A stretch of 64,000 nt of DNA from a virus (lineage: Duplodnaviria > Heunggongvirae > Uroviricota > Caudoviricetes), in the IMG/VR virus record IMGVR_UViG_3300033553_000816; one strand, given 5' to 3'. Both the position numbers and the translations under genes were made by a program. This document shows positions 1 through 8,113 of this stretch, piece after piece. Under the pieces are notes generated by a model. That model did not search any database. It saw only the letters and a program-made list of their open reading frames with translations, and had not been told where the DNA came from. The number at the start of each line of letters is the position of its first letter. Within the stretch, counting starts at the first letter, position 1.

Positions 1-1160
1 GTTTCATCATTTTCAACATCATCTATCCAAGAAGACATTATATCTTTCTCTTCTTCAGATAAAGTTTCACCCTCAGAGACCACATCAAAAGTGGTTTCAG
101 CTTCCTCATCCTCGACCATCAAATCATCACTCAGGTCATCCCACTGAAGCTCTTCTTCCTGAGGTGCTTCATCTTCATCTGAAATGAAAGCAGCATCCTC
201 TTCTTCCTCAGTTTGTTGATAGTAGTCATCCTCAGCGTATGGCTTCGCAGGTACAGTATCAACTTTGAAGAAATCAAAAACATCCTCCATTCCATTACCG
301 TTTTCGCTTTCAGTTACATCCAACTCTTCCTCAACACTATTACCATAATCTTCTAACTCTTCCTGGGGCTCATCAATGTCATCAGCTAAATCTTCCAAGC
401 CTTCCTCTAGGGGATAGTCATCGTCCTTGCCCTCATTGTCATTCGTAACTTCCTCTTTACTGTAGATACCGTGAAGAGCTTCCTCATCGTTATTCTCCTC
501 TGACAGTAAGTCCTCATCGCCTCTACCGAAGAAACCACCCTTACTACTTTTAGTGTCAGCGTTCTTGTTATCAATCTCTCTGTAGAAGAACTCCCAAGCA
601 TACACGTTCTGCTCTTCCTCAGGGGGACTATCAGAGGAACCTTCAGTCCCGTTATTATCCTCAACACCTATACTGTCAACACCTAAATCTTCAATGTCAG
701 TATCAACCCCATGGGTATCTTCAATCTCTAAAGGGAGGTCATCCAGGCTTTCCTCATTCTCAGGTAGCTCATCACTAGAGGGCGCTTCATCTTCATTATC
801 ATTCTTGTCATCCACCATGTAGGACGTGAACATACGCTCCCATTCGTCTATAGCTTCAGTACCCCTGGGAGGCCATACAACCACCCCTCCCGCATCTTCT
901 TGAAGTTCTGAGGTATCTACGGCCTGAGGCTCACCCACCTCGTTAGACGGCGATTGTTTCACGTGAAACTTTTTGTCCTCCTGGGTAAATTCGTCAATAG
1001 CGTCATAAGGCTCAGTGTCATTTTTCCCAGGTGTATTACCTGCGTTATTCTCTTCCACTTCAAACATGCCTGCCCTCTCATTGTCACCTATAGCGTCTAA
1101 CCAGCTTCCCAGGTAAGCGTCATCTTCCTGTCCGGAGGGAGGGCTTATATTATCAGTCAT
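1..1160 (-). CDS. Highly acidic protein (about 35% Asp/Glu), C-terminus beyond window
   Basis: ATG at 1160-1158 with AGGAG RBS 8 nt upstream (plus-strand actcct at 1171-1176). The frame reads open to position 1, checked by manual translation: MTDNISPPSGQEDDAYLGSWLDAIGDNERAGMFEVEENNAGNTPGKNDTEPYDAIDEF... and later EDDYYQQTEEEEDAAFISDEDEAPQEEELQWDDLSDDLMVEDEEAETT. Edge-truncated ORFs are not listed in the supplied track. Confidence 0.6.
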   Translation of the reverse strand, partial: MTDNISPPSGQEDDAYLGSWLDAIGDNERAGMFEVEENNAGNTPGKNDTEPYDAIDEFTQEDKKFHVKQSPSNEVGEPQAVDTSELQEDAGGVVVWPPRGTEAIDEWERMFTSYMVDDKNDNEDEAPSSDELPENEESLDDLPLEIEDTHGVDTDIEDLGVDSIGVEDNNGTEGSSDSPPEEEQNVYAWEFFYREIDNKNADTKSSKGGFFGRGDEDLLSEENNDEEALHGIYSKEEVTNDNEGKDDDYPLEEGLEDLADDIDEPQEELEDYGNSVEEELDVTESENGNGMEDVFDFFKVDTVPAKPYAEDDYYQQTEEEEDAAFISDEDEAPQEEELQWDDLSDDLMVEDEEAETTFDVVSEGETLSEEEKDIMSSWIDDVENDE

Positions 1161-1199
1161 GTTATCTTAAACTCCTAAGGGGTTCATCACATAAAACAA

Positions 1200-2100
1200 T
1201 ATCGGTTATATACGCTTAATATCTCATATATTCCCATCTCCATAACACCCCCATAAAATAACCTCCAACAACCCAAAACACAACGCACAGAATCTAGTCC
1301 CTTTAAGCACAGAAACCATTCAACCACCCCATCAAAACAAAACAAACCACTCGCCCCAATAAAACACCAGCTGCTACAAAACAGAAAATATGCCCACCTA
1401 AAAACCAAAAAACCATCACACACAAACAACAAGAACCTCCCCCGCTATTTATACAACCAACCAACAACCAAAACAGCCCTCCCCTCATACTACATACAAG
1501 GAACCTCTAAACACCCCTAAGACAAAAACCACTCACACAAACACAAAAACTCCAACAACAAGAAACTCTCCAATAACCCTATACACATATAAACAAACAA
1601 CCCCTATAACTATTACTAGAGAGACCAACACACACAGTTACCTATAAGCATCACCATAGGGGAGATACACCATAGAGACCACACACACTTAACCTCACAC
1701 TCACACTTGTACCTATACGTCTATAACCATTACCCTATACACATACGCCCTATAGACCCGTACCCATTAACCACTATACACACTAACCCTTACACTCCTA
1801 CCTATACGCTATTACCCTATGACCAAATACACTAACCCTTACACTCTTACCTGTACCTGTATACCTATTACTAATTAACCTATAAAGAAACCCTCAACAA
1901 ACAAACCAAAAACCCTTACCTTGAAAATCGTTACGAAACCCAACAACAACGACGCTTCCCGCGTCTTAACAACAACAATAAAGAAACCCAACTTTACACA
2001 ACAAACCCATGAACCTCAACTGATAACAGCTAACGAAACAATGACCCGAAAGAACCCCAGCCTGACACTGCGGGAAACCCCGAAGCCATTTCCCTTAAAC
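1200..2100. repeat. A/C-rich (top strand) low-complexity non-coding region with dispersed short motifs (CCTATAC, ACACTAACCCTTACACTC x2, CACACAC runs)
   Basis: No credible ORF on either strand; the only ORFs (1187..1432 -, 1303..1488 -) are Cys/Phe/Trp-rich compositional artefacts. Motif (t/c)(a/c)CCTATA recurs at about 1579, 1601, 1640, 1699, 1722, 1748, 1800 and 1815. TACACTAACCCTTACACTC occurs twice (about 1779-1797 and 1828-1846). Confidence 0.6.
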
Positions 2101-2144
2101 AAATAAACCCCAAACAACAACGACGCTTCCCGCGTCTTAACAAC
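1935..2144. repeat. Pair of about 38-bp direct repeats (1935-1973 and 2105-2144), each containing palindrome GACGC-ttccc-GCGTC
   Basis: AAACCC..AACAACAACGACGCTTCCCGCGTCTTAACAAC is present twice, 171 bp apart. The 32-nt cores at 1942-1973 and 2113-2144 are identical. Internal 5-bp inverted repeat at 1951-1965 and 2122-2136. Confidence 0.8.
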
Positions 2145-2179
2145 TGAAACACTTTAATTCTTTAGCGGAGCCGCCACGG

Positions 2180-2262
2180 TCTGTCTTCTCGACAGATCCC
2201 TTCTGGCTCCTTGAAAAGATTAACTGCTTAAAAGATTAACTGCTTTAAGGATGAACTGCTTA
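2180..2262. promoter_or_regulatory. Hairpin (TCTGTC-ttctc-GACAGA, 2180-2198) followed by three tandem 15-16-bp iteron-like units AAGATTAACTGCTT(A/T) / AAGGATGAACTGCTTA (2216-2262)
   Basis: Read directly from sequence. Lies at the junction between the A/C-rich and G/T-rich top-strand blocks and between divergent gene blocks. Confidence 0.7.
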
Positions 2263-2516
2263 CCTAGGGAACTGTTTGAGGGTAATACTTTATATGAGGT
2301 TGAGTGTCAAGTTGTGGTGTCGGATAGTTTCGGGTGTGGGGTCGGAGGGGCTGCTTGTGTGTCTTGGTGTGTTGCGCTTGCGCGCCAGTGGTTCATTCCT
2401 TTGGTACACGTTTTGTGTCCTGGGTTATTTAAGGGGTGTGGCGTTGACTTCCATTATAACCAGTGTTATCTGTACGATATTAGCATTAACATCATCATGT
2501 CAGGAGCGTCACCGTT

Positions 2517-2927
2517 ATGGTTTATATAGCTGACACCGCCACTGTATCTGAGCTACATAATGTCATAGATAACTCACGCATTGAAGGCACCGCTCATGTC
2601 GGTAGGAACGTCCTCACTTGTGGTGACGCTGAGGTTTACGGTAACGCTATAATTAAATCACGTAACGTTTTTAAGATAGCTATCTTCACCAACAACTGCC
2701 ATGTTTTCGGTAACGCTATCATAGACGTTTCACACTTCAAAGAAGGGATTAAATTCATCTTCGGAAGGGGCTGTAAAATAGGTGGTTGGTTTGACCTGAG
2801 AGAGTACCCCACCATAGATGACTTCGTAGAAAAATACAGTGAGAACTGTGAGCTGAGTTGGCTCTCGGAAGATGAATATTCAAGTAAGATGCGTTGTGTC
2901 AAAGTAACTGATGTTTGGTTGATGTAA
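2517..2927 (+). CDS. Family A beta-helix-repeat protein (short DNCHVFGNAIID subtype; ends VTDVWLM)
   Basis: ATG verified at 2517. N-terminus MVYIADTATV; C-terminal module GCKIGGWFD...DDFVEKY...VTDVWLM. Paralogous to A2, A3 and A31. Confidence 0.75.
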   Translation: MVYIADTATVSELHNVIDNSRIEGTAHVGRNVLTCGDAEVYGNAIIKSRNVFKIAIFTNNCHVFGNAIIDVSHFKEGIKFIFGRGCKIGGWFDLREYPTIDDFVEKYSENCELSWLSEDEYSSKMRCVKVTDVWLM

Positions 2928-3337
2928 TGGTATACATAGCCCCCACCGCATTCGTCACTAACATGCTCAACATTAAAGATGAAGCTAAAGTCCATGACTA
3001 CGCCACTGTTGACAAACATTCCATCCTGTTAAACGAATCACAAATTTACGGTACCGCGAAAATAGCATCCAACAGCACCATAAAAACTGTTATACTCATC
3101 GACAACTGTCATGTCTTCGGGAACGCTAACCTTGACATCTCGCACCTCCCCAGTGGTCTCAAAATCATCTTCGGAAAAGGATGTAAAATCGGAGGGCAGT
3201 TTGATATGCGACGGTTCATCAATGTTGAAAGTTTCATCTACGAATATAAAGACCGTAAAGAGTTGAGCTCCCATTATGACCGCAGAGGTTTCAACATACT
3301 CAGTGTCAAACTAACTGACGTTTGGGTGATGGGATAA
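2927..3337 (+). CDS. Family A beta-helix-repeat protein
   Basis: ATG at 2927 overlaps the upstream TAA (TAATG) and gives MVYIAPTAFV. The track starts at TTG 2915. Ends LTDVWVMG. Confidence 0.75.
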   Translation: MVYIAPTAFVTNMLNIKDEAKVHDYATVDKHSILLNESQIYGTAKIASNSTIKTVILIDNCHVFGNANLDISHLPSGLKIIFGKGCKIGGQFDMRRFINVESFIYEYKDRKELSSHYDRRGFNILSVKLTDVWVMG

Positions 3338-3341
3338 AATA

Positions 3342-3842
3342 ATGCCATACATAGCCCCTACCGCTCATGTGAGTTTTCATGATAATATTTATGATGACGC
3401 TAGGGTTGAGGACCGCGCTATAATCAACCATAACGGTATACTGTTAGACTCATCTAAAGCTTACTGTAACGCACAGGTCTTATCTAATGATATTCTCAAA
3501 ACCATCATACTCAAAGACAACTGTCATGTGTTCGGTAACGCCATCATAGACATCTCACATTTCACAGGGAACCTGAAACTTATTCTAGGTGAAGGCTGTA
3601 AAGTCGGTGGGCGTTTCGATATGCGGCAGTTCAAAACTGTTGAGGAGTTAGTGGCGGAATACCCTAATAACTCAGAACTAAAAACCATTGAGGAGAACCG
3701 GGATGAAGATCAGTTCGGGTTTATAGATTATGATGATGACCGTCATGGTTATGGTAGGGATATTAGAATAGATTATGATGGTGTGTTATCACCTTACCGG
3801 GTTCTTTCTGTTACGTTGACGAACATTTGGTTAATGGGATGA
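3342..3842 (+). CDS. Family A beta-helix-repeat protein with acidic C-terminal extension
   Basis: MPYIAPTAHV...DNCHVFGNAIIDISHF...GCKVGGRFD...LTNIWLMG. Confidence 0.75.
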   Translation: MPYIAPTAHVSFHDNIYDDARVEDRAIINHNGILLDSSKAYCNAQVLSNDILKTIILKDNCHVFGNAIIDISHFTGNLKLILGEGCKVGGRFDMRQFKTVEELVAEYPNNSELKTIEENRDEDQFGFIDYDDDRHGYGRDIRIDYDGVLSPYRVLSVTLTNIWLMG

Positions 3843-3985
3843 TCTTTCTTTAGAACGCGTTTTGTGTCTCGGAAGTATTAGGGTGTAGAATAAACCCCTC
3901 CCATTATTTTTAACATAATACCCTTTAGGGGACATAAAACTGTGAAGTATTTTTAGGACTGTTTGAGGGCTGCCGCCTTGTCACA

Positions 3986-4300
3986 TTGGGGGGGTGTTTC
4001 TGTTGGGGTTGTATGGAGTTTGGTAGCTGGTGCTGGAGGGCTGGGTGTACATTATTTTTAGCACTGTTGTTTCTTCTCCTCTCTGGTGTGTATCTCTGTT
4101 GGTTCTACTGGAGTTGGAGTACTGCTTGGTATCTCCCCTATGGTGTGTCCCTACTGGAGTTGGACGACTGTTGGTTATCTCTTGTTTGGAGCTGGAGGAC
4201 TGTTCGGTTATTTGCGGAGGTCCGGTTGGCTGTTTATGAGTCGAACTTACTGGGTTTGTGTTTTCCAATATATGCGTTTTGGTTTGGAGGTTAATGTTAT
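3986..4300. repeat. G/T-rich (top strand) region with about 2.5 tandem copies of a ~45-bp unit (TACTGGAGTTGGAGTACTGCTTGGTATCTC...)
   Basis: Units at about 4104-4149, 4150-4190 and 4191-4230. ORFs 3986..4294 (+), 4030..4239 (+) and 3981..4307 (-) are compositional artefacts (Cys/Trp/Phe/Leu-rich). Confidence 0.6.
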
Positions 4301-4847
4301 GGGCCATATCGATTACACTGCCAGTATTACGGCCACTGCTTCTGTTGATGGGTTATCTACGATATATGGATATCCGAGCATTGGGGGACAGTCGGTGGTT
4401 ATTGCATCAACTGTGGATGGTGAGGTTATTATCGAGGATAATGTTAGGCTGAAAGAATGTTAGGTTGAAGGTAGATGTAAGCTAAGTGGTAATTCTGAGC
4501 TGTATCGGTCTGGCGTTAAGGATGATGCTATAGTAGAAGGTAATGTTATTCTGGGAAGTTGTGATATAAGAGATTATGCTTGTATTTATGGAAATGTTAA
4601 ATTAGAAGGCATTTATGTGTCTGGGAATGGTTCTGTTTTTGGGGAAGCTTCATTGCAGGTCTCAGATATAAACGATATGGTTATTGTTCTCCAGGGTAAT
4701 TGTAAGTTTGGTGGGGCGTCTAGTTTTGATGGCTTAAAGACCCCAGTGGATTTCGTCAATAAGTATGGGAGATTCAACGTTGAGGTAAGGCTTAGTGAAA
4801 ATCAACGAACTGTTATTTTTCTAACTGATGTGTGGGATATGGGGTAG
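4299..4847 (+). pseudogene. Family A member disrupted by an in-frame TAG (4461-4463) and an apparent frameshift near 4560
   Basis: GGAGG RBS at 4286-4290, ATG at 4299 giving MGHIDYTASITATASVDG...EDNVRLKEC* . It then resumes with ...SGNGSVFGEASLQ...NCKFGGASSFDGLKTPVDFVNKYG...IFLTDVWDMG (track ORFs 4086..4463 and 4617..4847). The exact frame bookkeeping around 4560-4620 could not be resolved by eye. Confidence 0.5.
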
Positions 4848-4989
4848 GGCCGCTGGGTCGCTTATGGGCACCTGCGGACAGTGTTGTCTCATGGGGGGTT
4901 GCGCATGTTGTGTCTCTGGTTGGGGTTGGAGGGTTGTGTTATACTGGGGTAGAGTTGGTTTTGTTTTGTTGAAAGGTTGGAGGGTTTTT

Positions 4990-5355
4990 ATGGTTCAGTC
5001 TCGTTTTGTTACTGTGGAGTCTGGGGATGAGGTTATTGGTGGTTTGTATGCCGCTGCGTCTTCTGGGGGTTTGTTGGAGTTGAACCTTGTGGTGTTGGTG
5101 CCTGGTTTGGATGTGGTTTCTGAGGGTGTGTTTACTATTTTTGTTGAGAGGTTAGGCGCGGAGGGGCCTGTGTTTGTTCATCCTAATGGTGATGTTGTGT
5201 TGTTGTCTCGGGGTTTTGTTGAGGAGGGTGGTGAGTCTTTTGTGGTTTCTGTTTCTCCGCCTATTGGTGAGTCTCATATGGTGGGGGCTGTTGTTAGGGT
5301 TGGTTCGGAGTTTGAGGGTGTTGTTGGTAGGTTTTTACGGAAACGTTCGGGTTGA
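4990..5355 (+). CDS. Hypothetical protein (Gly/Val-rich) within G/T-rich block
   Basis: GGAGGG RBS then ATG giving MVQSRFVTVESGDEVIGG.... It is the 3' part of track ORF 4828..5355. Composition is strongly shaped by nucleotide bias. Confidence 0.35.
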   Translation: MVQSRFVTVESGDEVIGGLYAAASSGGLLELNLVVLVPGLDVVSEGVFTIFVERLGAEGPVFVHPNGDVVLLSRGFVEEGGESFVVSVSPPIGESHMVGAVVRVGSEFEGVVGRFLRKRSG

Positions 5356-5416
5356 GTTTGTGGTTGTTTGGGGAGGGGTGTAGAAGAAGTAATATGGTGT
5401 TGAAAATAATGGGGGC

Positions 5417-7417
5417 GTGTGTTGTGCGATATGGTTGTCAGGTTATTATGTTTGGAGTTTTGTTATGGTTGATGTTCAGGGAGAGTCTTCTGGGGGTAAT
5501 GAGCGTAGGTTCGTTATGTCACGTGGGTTGGGTCGGGGTGTTGATTTAGCTTCTGGTTTGGGTCGGTTTGCGTCTGAGGGGAGTGGGCGTGGGTTTGTTG
5601 TTTCACGTGGGGTGAAGCGTGGTCTTGCTTTTGTTACTGGTTTGAGTTGGTTTGCGTCTCCTGTTCTTTATTCTATGGGGGTTGTTGCGTTACTCGCTGG
5701 TTTGGGTCAGGCGGATGATAATACGGTTCGTGTGGTTTTGTTTTTTGTTTTTGGTTTAGGTTTACCTTTGTTGTTGACCTTAGCGGTTGTCTCTACTCGT
5801 CGGGTGGAGGAGTTGTTATCTGTGGGGCAGCAGTTTGATCGTGATGTGCGTGAAGCTCCGACTGTGCGTAAGTTGGTTTCTGTTCCTGATGAGTTGTGGA
5901 AAGTTGGGCCTTTGGCTGGTCTTGGTTCTGTTCGTTGTGTTTCAGCGGCGTCTTTCGGTAGTTGGGGTGTTCATGGTGTTCTTGTTTTGTTGGACGCGGA
6001 GTTCCCTGGTGAAGCCCAGGTTAGTTCTGTTCAGTTTGGTTTAGGGGTCACTGAGGGTGTGTTCGATGAGGAGGAGTTGACGCTGGTTGGTCCTGATGTT
6101 GATTTGGGGGTGTGGGATTTTGGGGATGATTTCATTGATTTACGCCCTTTTGGTGTGGTGGCACCGTGGCGGGCTTTCGCGTCGAGTGTTGAGGTTGTGG
6201 CGCGGGCTCTTAACTCTCGTGTGGTTGAGCGTCTTAACGGGGTTCTGAATGAGGGGGTTGTGGTTCACCGTCGTGAGGATCGTTTATTGGTGTGGCAGTC
6301 CCCTGGTGTGGATTTCAGTTTGTATGCGACGACTTCGGGTGTTGCGTCGTTCGCTAATGCGTGGAGTGTTTATCACGCTGAGGAGGGGGTTGCTGTTGAG
6401 GATGATAACACTGTAGCTCAGGAGGAGGGGAAGGTTGCTGGGGTGATGTTTGATTCTGGGATAGCTTCGGAGTTGGCGAGGACTTCGGGTGTTGCTGGGT
6501 TCGCTGACAGGTGGAGCGCTCCCGCTTATGGGTCTTCTGTCGCTGGTCAGCAGGAAGCGGTGGCGCTTGAAACTGCGTCTGTGGGGCGTGTTGTACCTTC
6601 GTCTCGTTTGGGTGTGATATTTGGTGTGGTGATGTTCTATTTTGGGCTTACTGCTGTATCTGCGGGGCTTGCGACTTATGGGCTGCTTAGTTCTGGTGAG
6701 GTTATGGTAGGTGGGGGTTTTAACCTTGTGGTGTCTGTTACGGTGACTGTGGTTAGCGCTGTCGCGGCTGGTTTGTTTTGGCGTTACCTTTCACGGGATG
6801 CTGATCGTAGGAAAGTCTTTGCGCTTGAGGTTCGGCGTTTCGCTAATACCCGGACATGGGATTATGTGATGAAAGATAAGGAGCTGGCTCGTGTGTGGTC
6901 TACTCTCCCTCTTAGTCGTGTTGCGAATTTGAGTATCGGTCCTGTGTCGCGAGGCGCGGGACGTTGGGGTGATGCGGGTGTGGCGCTTGCTATGGGCGAT
7001 TACACTGTTGCGGGTATCCCGGTGAGGACTTTCCTGTCGCGTATGGCGTGGGCTCATTTGGCGGAGGAATCCGCATCAGTTTCTTTTGTTCGTGAGGGTT
7101 TCTCGGAGCGGGCAGCTGGGCTGTTGGGTGGTAGTGATGTTGATGTGGAGTCCGCTGAGTTTAACCGTCGTTGGCGTGTGTTGTCTGATGATCATCGTGC
7201 GGCTCATGCTATGCTCACACCCACAATGATTCTTTTCTTAACTGATGTGGCTGATGAGGGTTTGGCTTTTCATGTTGATGGTGGCCGGGTGTTGTTGTGG
7301 GATGATGGGCGTCGAGTTGATGTTGATTTGACCCGTCGTATGGAGTTGTTGGAACGTTTTGTTGGGGAGTTACCATCATTTTTGCGTGTGAGTTACACTC
7401 CTTATTCTCAAGAGTGA
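5417..7417 (+). CDS. Large hypothetical protein (666 aa; G/V/L/S/R/F/W-rich), probably membrane-associated
   Basis: Long uninterrupted ORF. Internal ~25-aa tandem repeat (SRGLGRGVDLASGLGRFASEG / SRGVKRGLAFVTGLSWFASPV), hydrophobic segments, and a C-proximal motif ILFLTDVADEG resembling the family A terminus. The true start may be downstream, for example MVDVQG at 5465. Confidence 0.5.
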   Translation: MCCAIWLSGYYVWSFVMVDVQGESSGGNERRFVMSRGLGRGVDLASGLGRFASEGSGRGFVVSRGVKRGLAFVTGLSWFASPVLYSMGVVALLAGLGQADDNTVRVVLFFVFGLGLPLLLTLAVVSTRRVEELLSVGQQFDRDVREAPTVRKLVSVPDELWKVGPLAGLGSVRCVSAASFGSWGVHGVLVLLDAEFPGEAQVSSVQFGLGVTEGVFDEEELTLVGPDVDLGVWDFGDDFIDLRPFGVVAPWRAFASSVEVVARALNSRVVERLNGVLNEGVVVHRREDRLLVWQSPGVDFSLYATTSGVASFANAWSVYHAEEGVAVEDDNTVAQEEGKVAGVMFDSGIASELARTSGVAGFADRWSAPAYGSSVAGQQEAVALETASVGRVVPSSRLGVIFGVVMFYFGLTAVSAGLATYGLLSSGEVMVGGGFNLVVSVTVTVVSAVAAGLFWRYLSRDADRRKVFALEVRRFANTRTWDYVMKDKELARVWSTLPLSRVANLSIGPVSRGAGRWGDAGVALAMGDYTVAGIPVRTFLSRMAWAHLAEESASVSFVREGFSERAAGLLGGSDVDVESAEFNRRWRVLSDDHRAAHAMLTPTMILFLTDVADEGLAFHVDGGRVLLWDDGRRVDVDLTRRMELLERFVGELPSFLRVSYTPYSQE

Positions 7418-7463
7418 AAACCAACGCGGAGTACGTGCCCCTGGAATTGGAACTGTGAAGGGT

Positions 7464-7790
7464 TTAGTCTTCTACGTTCATTGCGATATCTTCTACTGAT
7501 GGGTCTAGGTCTGTTGTCCAGTCTTGTATGGTGTCGGGGTATTCTCCCATTATTAGTTGAACGTAGGAGCCTTTGGCTGTGTATAGTCGTAGTTCATCTA
7601 GGTTGTAAGCTTCTGTGAGTACATCATCGGCGTCTTCTACTTTTACGTATTCCCCTCCGTCATATATTTTGGTGACGGGTGTGCCGTGGGATGCCATGGA
7701 TTCTACTATGTCTCTGATGAGTTTTACTTCTCTTTTGTCGGCTTTGTTGATTTGGTTCGTTACGAACGGGATGCGGGGGATGATTGACAT
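7464..7790 (-). CDS. Hypothetical protein
   Basis: 108-aa ORF convergent with the 666-aa gene. Coding strand is A/C-rich, matching the local strand bias. Confidence 0.45.
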   Translation of the reverse strand: MSIIPRIPFVTNQINKADKREVKLIRDIVESMASHGTPVTKIYDGGEYVKVEDADDVLTEAYNLDELRLYTAKGSYVQLIMGEYPDTIQDWTTDLDPSVEDIAMNVED

Positions 7791-8113
7791 GTTGGTTGGT
7801 CCTTTTGTTGTGGTTGTTTTTATTCTATCGGGGTTGGGTTTTGGTTAAAATAACGGGGTTAGTTGAATAGTACCGTTAGTTGCTGTTCGCGTCGATTTGT
7901 GTTTTTGCGATAGCTAGCGTCCTGTTAGCCCAGGTGTCTGGAGTTTCGTCAGGATGTTGGGTGTCCCATGTGACCCGTCCGTTGTTTTGGGTGACTTTGA
8001 TGATGGGATGGTTTTTGTATACGGAGTGTGGGGTTCTAGTTTCGTTCATACTGCTTATTGTATCATGTGTTTATGGGCTGGTCAAGCAAGGGGGAAGTTA
8101 ACTTTGGGTGTGT

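Noticed and set aside
407-667. ORF 407..667 (-) 86 aa
   Set aside because: Lies in a different frame inside the long acidic-protein ORF (1..1160, minus strand), so it is a shadow ORF.
1187-1488. Track ORFs 1187..1432 (-) and 1303..1488 (-) inside the A/C-rich spacer
   Set aside because: Cys/Phe/Trp/Leu-rich translations typical of reading a skewed, repetitive non-coding sequence. No RBS and no family resemblance.
1200-2270. CRISPR array hypothesis for the repeat-rich spacer
   Set aside because: The repeats are short and irregularly spaced (15-60 bp) with no constant repeat/spacer periodicity, and no cas genes are nearby.
2636-3274. Antisense ORFs within family A genes, e.g. 2636..3019 (-), 3038..3274 (-), 12927..13127 (-), 13464..13682 (-), 14789..15028 (-), 15102..15532 (-), 16488..16673 (-), 17558..17848 (-), 24414..24778 (-), 29316..29498 (-), 34657..35059 (-), 35165..35449 (-), 35673..35972 (-), 35897..36094 (-)
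   Set aside because: They fall on the opposite strand of strongly conserved paralogs and are repeatedly 'generated' by the hexapeptide codon periodicity. There is no independent support.
3981-4307. ORFs 3986..4294 (+), 4030..4239 (+), 3981..4307 (-) over the 45-bp tandem repeats
   Set aside because: Mutually overlapping in three frames with repeat-driven low-complexity products (WCW..., SSSS/TNT-rich), so they are artefacts of the repeat.
7876-8049. Possible 57-aa minus-strand ORF (MNETRTPHSVYKNHPIIKVTQNNGRVTWDTQHPDETPDTWANRTLAIAKTQIDANSN)
   Set aside because: No convincing RBS and it sits in the highly skewed block where open frames are common. Kept only as a note.
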